In this document: one piece after another, positions 55,611 to 64,000 of the stretch
Position numbering within the stretch: the first letter of the stretch is position 1
Layout of the letters: each line of letters begins with the position of its first letter
NCBI RefSeq assembly: GCF_009914755.1
Contig: NC_060925.1
Reading direction: 5' to 3' (one strand)
From: the human T2T-CHM13v2.0 reference genome, Homo sapiens
Length of the DNA: 64,000 bases
Made by a program: the position numbers and the translations under genes
The notes under the pieces: model-generated
What the model was told of the DNA's origin: nothing
The model's input: only the letters and a program-made list of their open reading frames with translations
Databases searched by the model: none

Positions 55611-56329
55611 AGAAAATTCAGACAACATATTTTGACAAGATTAATCCAATAGAGATAAATAGAATCCTGCACCTCACAAATAGAGAACATTTTTATGCAT
55701 ATATGAAGCATTTGCAGAACAAATTCCATAAGATATTTTATTAACCTAAGAAAGTACATGCTAAAACTACTATATGCCTGGCCATTATCTAAAGAGAAGA
55801 GAGTTCTTAAGAAGAGGTGGTTAGAGGGAAAACAGAGGTGAAAGAAATATATTCTAGTTTATTTAGTTGGCAATTACTTGTGGGGCATCTAGTATGTTCC
55901 ATTCTCCCAACTGGTCTTATAAAAAGTATCCCGCATATTCCCTATTTATTCTCCCAAATATCTTTTTACCTTTCCCAAACAAGAAGCAGAAATTAATTTT
56001 GAAAGGGTCTCTCATAAAAATGGATGTATAATTCTTTTATGAATAGTGTAGCTATTATTATTTTAAATTATAGCAAACTTTAAGGGACAAAGTGGTCAGC
56101 ACCTCATTAAAGGGTCAAGTGATTTATTTTGCCTATTCTGCTAGTCAACATTTGTGGTCGTGGGTTTTGTTTCATTGCAGGAACTCAGATTTGGATGCAG
56201 ATGCACTATTTTAAATCCTTTTTCCCACCTCCAAATCCACAAAACCTTGAACCTAATTTAAAAAGTCTATGAGGCTGAAAGTCAGGGGAAAGAGGACTTA
56301 CGATGTTTCTGTCTTCTCTGAAAGGCAGC

Positions 56330-56545
56330 AGCAGTGTAAAGGAGAAATTTGTACAACAATCTGACTCCACTGTTGCTCAGTGTACAACATTCTTAACCTC
56401 TCTGAACATCAATTCCCTTCTCTCAATTTCCTTCTCATAATGTATCCTATGCTATTCTCCCAGGATTGTTGTGAAGATTAAATAAATAATGTTCCAATGT
56501 TTAGCACAGGCCAAGTACAGAATAACTACTCAATCCCTGTTGAAC
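56330..56545 (+). mobile_element. MIR
   Basis: ttcttaacctctctgaac...caggattgttgtgaagattaaataaataat. Confidence 0.7.
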
Positions 56546-57994
56546 CTAAATCTCCCATCCTGAAACAGTAAGCTGAGAAACCCCAAATCAGCTAAAGACT
56601 GTTCTTTCCCCTGTGGGCACCTTATCCTGTGATCCAGCCCCACCATTTCCTGAGTTGTTGACATCAACTTCCTGACAACTTCACTATTTCCATCCTGAAA
56701 AACTGACGGCTTAGATTCAGGGGGAAAAGTACATGTTAGGTATTAACGCCTACCAGATTTGGGTAGTCAGGGGATTTCATATATGTATTAGGAAAATCTG
56801 AAGACTAAAGTTAAAGCTCTGAAGTTCTGGGATTTAGGAGAGAAAAATATGTTTGTTTTCTTTGTGTTCCATACTCATCAGCGTTTAATGTTAATGTTAC
56901 TGGATAATGCAAAACAGTGGAAAAAATAACTTTAATCACTGAAAGATCTGAAGGGACACCTGACCATATGTTATTTATGAAATAAAGTAAAATTCTGAAA
57001 TCCTGCTAGATGAAAAAAATACAAAATGTTATTGTAACTTTTAGAAATTTTAAATGGCAATACCTTAAATTCAATATGGTGGTTTATAACTGAGTGTTAA
57101 GTACTTTAATTTATAGTCTTCAGCATAATACTCCTGTAAGAAAAACGTTCAGCTACATTTGGAAAGGCAAAAATATACCACAAATATAAGGCAGAAGATG
57201 CTTTTGACTTTTTATGATATAACAGCTACATCTATCTAGATATACACCACGTCCTTTGATAGGTTTGTTTGGGATATTTTTTGTGGTTTTTTTGTTCTTT
57301 CTTGTCCTTTGAAAAATTCCAAGTATTTTCTTTCACTAACAAGAAAAGATTATTTTCCATGTTTAGCAAGAAAATATTTATCAGCACCTTCTCCCAACTT
57401 AGTGTCAAAGGAGGTGTCACTCTGAATCAGTTCCCACAATCCTGAAGCTAGCCTGCAGTGAGACATCAACTTTCACACCAAACTTACATATGACTTTTAG
57501 CAAGATGCCCTCTGCCCCAGCTTTCTTTCAATGTAGCAAGGAAAAAACACTACTACTTTCCTCCTGGGAACTGGGAGAAGTGTCAAAGGAAATCTTTTCA
57601 ATGAAAGGAAAAAGAACATATCACACTTGTAATATTTTCTCTCTTGCTAAGCCATAGTTCCATGAAAATATTAATAGAAACCATGCCTTACTGCCCCATG
57701 CCAAAAAGGTGAACCAGCAGATAGAGACTACATGCACGAGCTGCAACTGTGCTGGTGTTCTGAGGGTAAAAGAATATGGGTACTATTTCATGCAAATCTC
57801 ATGCAGGTTAATATAGTCAAACCCAGAATTATGAGCCTTCAGGAAACAAATCCATCTGTTAGGAGGGCTCTAAATTATATATGGCATCCTAGCTGAAAGG
57901 GAGTCTGGACAACACAGTTCTGCAAGCTTTGCAAGGAGGCACAGTAGAGTTTGGAAGAGATGTTGAGCCAGCCCACATAAGATATCTATTATAA

Positions 57995-58208
57995 CCAACA
58001 CTTATTAAATGCATATTGTGTTATGTGCTGCCCTCAATATTTCATATATATTAATATTATCACAGTTAAATCCTCATTACAATCTATAAAATGGATATTA
58101 TTACTATTCTTCCCTTACACATGTGCCCACTGAGGCTCAGACAGTTAAGATCACAAAAGACCCCTTTAAACTAGCCATCTGACTCCAGAGCTCAAGCTTT
58201 TAACCACA
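57995..58208 (-). mobile_element. MIR
   Basis: actgaggctcagacagttaag...tctgactccagagctcaagcttttaaccac. Confidence 0.75.
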
Positions 58209-58254
58209 TTTTTGTCTAAGTATTTGTCTTGTTCACTGATACACTGTCAGTACC

Positions 58255-58660
58255 TTCTTTTTTTTTTTTTTTTTTTTTTGAGACAGAGGCTTTATCTGTT
58301 GCCCAGGCTGGAGGGCAGTAGAGCGGTCACAGTTCACGGCAGTCTTGATCTCCCAGGATCAAGCAATCCTCCCACCTCAGCCTCCCGAGTAGCTGGGACT
58401 ACAGATGTAGTCCACACCCAGCTAATTTTTGTATTTTTTGTAGAATCAAATTTTTGCATGGGTTTCACCAGGAAGCTGGCTTCATAAAAGGCTTCAGATT
58501 CAGGAGGAGAAGATGGCACAGCAATCTGTGTTGTGTGGACTAATGACCAGGGACCAGGTGGGCATGAGGACGCCTGGTCTCAAATGCTTGAACTCAAGTT
58601 CAAGCTCACCTTGGCCTCCCAAAGTGGTGGGATTACAGGCATGAGCCATCATGCCCGGCC
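58255..58660 (-). mobile_element. AluJ interrupted by a ~107-bp copy of 59777-59883
   Basis: Alu breaks after gggtttcacca (58470) and resumes at ctggtctcaaa (about 58574). Confidence 0.92.
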
Positions 58661-58692
58661 ATGTTCTTGATAAATAGAAAATGCTCAATATG

Positions 58693-59064
58693 TGTATTAG
58701 TCCATTTGCATGCTGTATATAAAGACATACCCAAGACTGGGTAATTTATAAAGGAAAAAGATTTAATTGACTCAGAGTTCCACATAGCTGGGGAGGCCTC
58801 ACAATCATGGCAGAAGATGAAAGAAGAACAAAGGGATGTCTTACATGGCAGCTGGCAAAAAGAGAATGAGAGCCAAGCAAAAAGGATTTCCCCTTGTAAA
58901 ACCATCAGATCTCGTGAGACTTATTCACTACCATGAGAACAGTATGGGAGAAACCATCCCAGTGATGCAATTATCTCCCACTGAGTCCCTCCCACAGCAC
59001 ATGGGAATTATGGGAGCTACAACTGAAGATGAGATTTGGGTGGGCACACAGCCAAACCATATCA
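58693..59064 (-). mobile_element. THE1 (MaLR) solo LTR
   Basis: tgtattagtcc...aaaccatcagatctcgtgagacttattcactac...cagccaaaccatatca. Confidence 0.93.
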
Positions 59065-59986
59065 GTACATAATTATTAAGTTGAATACCCGCCTCTATGC
59101 AATTATGAAAGACTTTGGGTCTTTTAGTTTAGCTCTGTCCTATTTCTCCTTTTACTTGGCGCATAATAAGTGCTTGGTAAAAAATAACATTGGCTGACCC
59201 AATGGAACCTAGTGAACCTTAAAGAGTTGTCAGCATTTGACAACTGTAAAGCTCTGAGAATCAAAATCTTGGCCTTGAAGTTGCAACCTGAGACTCTTTG
59301 GAACTCAAGGCATCACAGAAGTTTTTGAAGAATTCAGCATAATTCCAGACATCCCTGTCCAGAACATCACCCTCTTCCTCCACCTGAAACCACAGATGAG
59401 ATAAATCTTCATAGCCAGATTAGTTGGGAAGGAAGAGCTGGAGGGGAGGCAGTGGCAATGGCATGTCCTTCAGAAGAAGAACTGTTCTCTTCCCTCCCTG
59501 AGTTGAGTCCCCTGTGATGGTGGAATTCACAGAAACCCAGATTGGTTTGGTAGATTCAAGAGCAAAGAGTATCTTCACACTCTGGAGGAGGGATATCCTG
59601 CAGAGGTATCAAGAGCTAAAATGCTTCTGTCACCAACTTAGTAAAGTAATAGTGGAGAAGAGATAGTTCTGTGGAGTGCTTAAGCAAAAGGAACTGGCAG
59701 AATTCTCTGTGTCCCAAAGAAGTGTAAGAAGAGCTAAATGTTGCCTTTGTACCCAAAAGGTGCATCCAAGTAATGAAGGGAGCTGGCCACATAAAAGCAT
59801 CAGATTCAGGATGGGAAGATGTCAGAGCAATCTGTGTTGTGTGGACCGATGGTCAGGAAGCAGACAGGCCTAAGGATTCCTGGCAGATGCCCGCATGTCC
59901 AGACCAGGAATTCACTCCACTGCACTTGACCTCTTGCCTCCAAAATATCCCCCAAATTTAGATTTCAAATCAAGAATTAGAAGGAG

Positions 59987-60265
59987 ACCAAAAAAACCAA
60001 ACACCGCATGTTCTCACTTATAGGTGGGAATTGAACAATGAGAACACATGGACACAGGAAGGGGAACATCACACTCTGGGGACTGTTGTGGGGTGGGGGG
60101 AGGGGGGAGGGATAGCATTAGGAGATATACCTAATGCTAAATTACGAGTTAATGGGTGCAGCGCACCAGCATGGCACATGTATACATATGTAACTAACCT
60201 GCACATTGTGCACATGTACCCTAAAACTTAAAGTATAATAATAATAAAATAAAATAAAATAAAAA
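59987..60265 (+). mobile_element. Young L1PA 3' end (~280 bp)
   Basis: Perfect 15-bp TSD aagaattagaaggag at 59972-59986 and 60266-60280. Confidence 0.95.
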
Positions 60266-60625
60266 AAGAATTAGAAGGAGTAAAATACTAACTGATAGAG
60301 ATTAAGTTTTCCAACTCCTGGTGGAAATATCACTTAAAATTTTTATCATCAGACAGAAAATAAACAAAATTAATTTTTTTCACACATGAGTTCTGGGCCA
60401 AAATTTACGTCAACTGTAAGAAGTTGAACCAAGCAGTCTACTAATACGTAAATACTCAATGAAATAACTTTCAAAAGTGCCAATTTAAAAAGTAGAATTG
60501 TCCTACTTTTTAAGGACTGCACAAGAAAGTCTATCAAGAAGGAAAAAAAGAAGAGAAGAAAAAAATACTGATTATTTTAACATTTTAATATTAAATTAAT
60601 TGATTAACACTATTATATTTAATAT

Positions 60626-60662
60626 TGGCAAAAACCGCAATTACACCTGCACCAACCTAATA
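60626..60662. mobile_element. Half MADE1 / solo Hsmar1 mariner TIR
   Basis: tggcaaaaaccgcaattacacctgcaccaacctaata. Confidence 0.8.
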
Positions 60663-63229
60663 TAATGGAAATTATAAATATGTGGAAATTTTGATACCAA
60701 TGAATGTGAATCATTTTTAGTTCTTCTGGAATAGAGAATGTCAACATTGCCTTAGAAGTAAATACAAAGTGTCACTGCAAGCCTTCCTTCTTTCATTTAT
60801 TCCTTCAACAGATTTTATTGCATAACTAGTACATCAAGAACCAAATAAGCACATAGAATAACCTGGCATCCAAAAGCAATATAGGAATCAGAACTCAAGA
60901 CTAAGGAAAAAACTTTAAAAAACCATAACAGGACCATGCATAATCTATTATTTATTACCATAATACCTTATTAACATGTATTGAGTACCTACTAAGTGCC
61001 AAGCACTGTGCTAAATATATATGTGTATTATAGAAAGACATGCTAATCCTCGGATCACTTCAGCAAATGAAATTGTTTCAGCTTTGGACAACTCACACTC
61101 CCTTACATGACTTCATATTCTCCTGTTTCTCCCTTATCAACAGGATGAAGAACATGGCTTGTTAAACAGCTCCCTCTACTATATATCAAACCTGGTGCCA
61201 AATTGATACCAGGGGTTGATCCAAATTCCTTTAACCTGGGACAGTTCACTAGCATTGTAGCCAGATTCAAAAGGGCTGGACTCCATCTAGATCACAATTT
61301 GTTCAGGAACACCTGAATTATGCGTTTCCTTCCCAAGTACACACACCCCTACCCTCTCATCAACACTCACAGTCCTAGAAATGTGCAATATCCCACATAA
61401 ACTGAAGAATATGGTTTTTCTGAGGCCCCTGGACCCTGTCCAGCTGGCAGAGGGACATCATGAGAGAGCTCCTGAACCCATATGAGTCTGTTCATCACTG
61501 ATACCAGTACTGATACCTTGGTTTTACTTACAGTGAAAGTCAAATGAGATCATCTATGTGATAGGCTTTTTAAACATGCTATACAATACCATACAAATGT
61601 TCAACCTCATAAAGTACTTTCATACTAAGCTCCGCTGGGCCAGGCTGGTACCTGACTCAGGACTGAAGTGACCCCCAACTTTTATTGAGTTGAATTTGAC
61701 CTTATCTACTAATCTGTGTCTCCTCACTAGACTCCAAATGATGGGAAATTAAGGAAGTAGTACACATCATTTATAATGGCTTATAACTGTGGGAAGCAAT
61801 GTTTTTTTTGCACAAGGGCCAATCCGGGAAAAAAGAAAATTTATGTAGGCTGCAAAAAATTATTAAAGAAATGAAGACATTTTCTACAGGCCATACAACC
61901 ATCAGTTCTGAGCAGCAGCTGGAATTTGCACATCTCACTTAAGGCAATATTTACTGATGGGTGCTCAGGAAAGAAAGATGAATGAGATGAGCCTTCCATC
62001 CTCCACAGTCAGCCTTCATGGCTCTAAAGTTTTCATTCTTCTTGGGTGAATCATGCTCCTAGGAATGATACCATCACTGCTAGTTTCCTGGAATGGCCAG
62101 CCTCCCAGGCCGGTTGGAGGCCAGGCAGCTGCACAAGTCTCTTGTGGTTCCCGATATCAGGGGGTCACACTGGGTCAAGGCCTGGCTCTGCCACACAGAG
62201 TCCTCCACTCTGAAGACTGCACCTCTGGTTGCCAAAATGACAACCTGCAATTCTTTAAAGTCACTTCCATGGTTACTCGAAAGACCTCCCTCCCCAATTC
62301 CTTTTCTTTGTATTAGTTGAAAAGCAGTGCTTACGCTGGTTTGAGGCGTAAAACTACAGGGCCTCTTGCTCAGGTTGCTGGTAGCTTCTAAGTGGACTAA
62401 AGTTTTTAAGTCCAAACACACAGGATCTTAATGTAAAACCCAGCACCAAGGTAAACTATTCTTGCTGTATTGATGCTGCTGTCATGTTAGAAGGAAACAT
62501 GGCACAGACCACAGAAAAAGCTTGGCATCATCATTACTTACCTATATAATGGAGACAAAGTCCTTTGGTAACCTCTGTTATCACAATATTTGGATCTATA
62601 TTGCCAAAATGAAGACCCTTAGCAATCTTCAGTGGCTTGGGGGAGTTCAATTTACCTAAGGAATAAAATTAGGTTAAAAAAATCTTAAAAAAAAAAAAAG
62701 AGTCTCAGACAGCCAAATCATTGGAGACCAACAGAGATGCATTAAGGATTGAGATCTGAAAAAGACTACAGGAGTCTTTCTATCAAGAAAGAGTGACCAT
62801 AGAGAAAAGACCATAGAAGAAAACAGTGACCATAGAGAAAAGATCAATCCAGCCCTACAGCTCCGAAGAAGACAAGTGGCGTATCCTGAGGGGAAAATGT
62901 AAAGGGGATTGAGAAACTTGTAATAAAAATGACTGAATTGGGAGATGTCAAGGAGAGGGGAAGACAGAGAAAAGAAACTGAGCTTTTTCTCCGCTGAGAA
63001 AGTGCACAATTTTTCGGAGAGCCCAAAACTCCATGAGAAAAAGGTTCTTCTTATTGTTTGCTCTTTCCTCTCACAGCAGCCTAGCTGGAAAGCAAAGTCA
63101 GCTGGAAAAACACAATGCAACCTTCTGTTCAAGGGAAAGTGGAGGAAAAAGAAGTCCAAGGTTGCCTCCTTCTTACCCACTCTTGAGGCACATTTTTATC
63201 CCATTGTTGGACTCTGCGTTTTCCCAGGG

Positions 63230-63243
63230 GTTGCCATGGCATC
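63230..63243. promoter_or_regulatory. RFX X-box motif
   Basis: GTTGCCATGGCATC, one mismatch from the palindrome GTTGCCATGGCAAC, in apparently unique sequence. Confidence 0.5.
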
Positions 63244-64000
63244 AAAGAGACAAATGCCTTGCTCCTGTTTTAAAGCTGAATTCCCTAGCAAACAAAATTG
63301 TTTCCATTTGAGGATATTCTCACCCTCACACGAAACCAGAACTGCTTTCAAAACAATGTGTCTTTTTAAAATATGGATGAAATGTATTGCATTCTTCTGG
63401 TAATAGAAGAAACATATTTTTATTTTTAAAATGCATAAAAACATTTGAAAAACGAAATGCAATTGCCCTATAGATCTTCACCTACAGGTGGTCATGGCTC
63501 ACATTTTGGCATATTTATTTCAGGTCTTTCATCTATAAATGTATATGTATTTTGTATTATACACTGCAAAATTGCAGCCCAATTACATATGCAATTATGC
63601 ATGCTCCTATTTCTTCACTTGATATCCCATAGACACACTCTTCGGAAGCAGGGCTATAAAATCCAGAGATGCTCTTTATAGAGCTTTAACATTTTGCTCA
63701 TTTGCATCTTGCATATTCTTATGAAAAGAAGAATTTAATAAGACAGCAGTTTGGCCTTTATGTCCCCATGAATCTAAACGTTTGAGAGAAGTTAGCAGCA
63801 GGGAAGCATGGGTTAACTGTGTTAGAAAATGTTTGCAAAGAAAGGCCTTTGCTCTCCATTAATTTATGCTATGAAAGAGAGAACACAGATAGTTTCATAT
63901 ATTATCCTGGGACTATATAAAGAAAAGAAACTGAGAAGTTAACTATAAAATGTCATGATTTTTCTTTCAATAGTTACATGTTCTTTAAAATTATAAGCAT

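Larger units (their letters stand above)
52960..55760 (+). mobile_element. Old L1M (5'/ORF1 into ORF2) interrupted by MER20 and AluJ
   Basis: gcagatttttcatcgg...gatgccagaaaataatggagt ORF1 motif and A-rich endonuclease-region remnants; left boundary uncertain. Confidence 0.65.

Noticed and set aside
62780-62845. Spaced short direct repeats (also 320-359, 15648-15673, 18851-18893, 26582-26600) superficially CRISPR-like
   Set aside because: Only two to three copies in primate DNA; ordinary micro-duplications.
62674-63403. Overlapping 168-aa (minus) and 152-aa (plus) ORFs
   Set aside because: Low-complexity purine/pyrimidine-skewed sequence with an internal agtgaccatagagaaaaga duplication; no recognisable domain; the minus ORF starts at GTG.

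Overview
Primate (human-like) AT-rich non-coding DNA, either intronic or intergenic. It is dense in interspersed repeats: Alu J/S/Y, L1P/L1M, MIR, L2, MaLR/ERV LTRs and hAT/Tigger/mariner MITEs. I can support no intact host protein-coding exon, RNA gene or CpG island. The only recognisable protein ORFs are L1 ORF2 fragments and a probable env-TM vestige. The best candidate for something undescribed is a ~2 kb MER41 endogenous-retrovirus copy (48994-51035, minus strand) built like an mRNA rather than a provirus: R-U5 / apparently spliced internal region / U3-R, cut ~15 nt after AATAAA and flanked by an L1-type target-site duplication. That is the structure of an L1-retrotransposed processed ERV, and it still carries a STAT GAS motif. 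The window also holds an L1 with a 23-nt 3' transduction, a solo poly(A) insertion, three short-range templated duplications (one inside an AluJ) and an 89-bp-arm inverted repeat beside a CpG-rich patch. Repeat family names are from recalled consensus sequences, boundaries of old elements are approximate, and identities were counted by eye.
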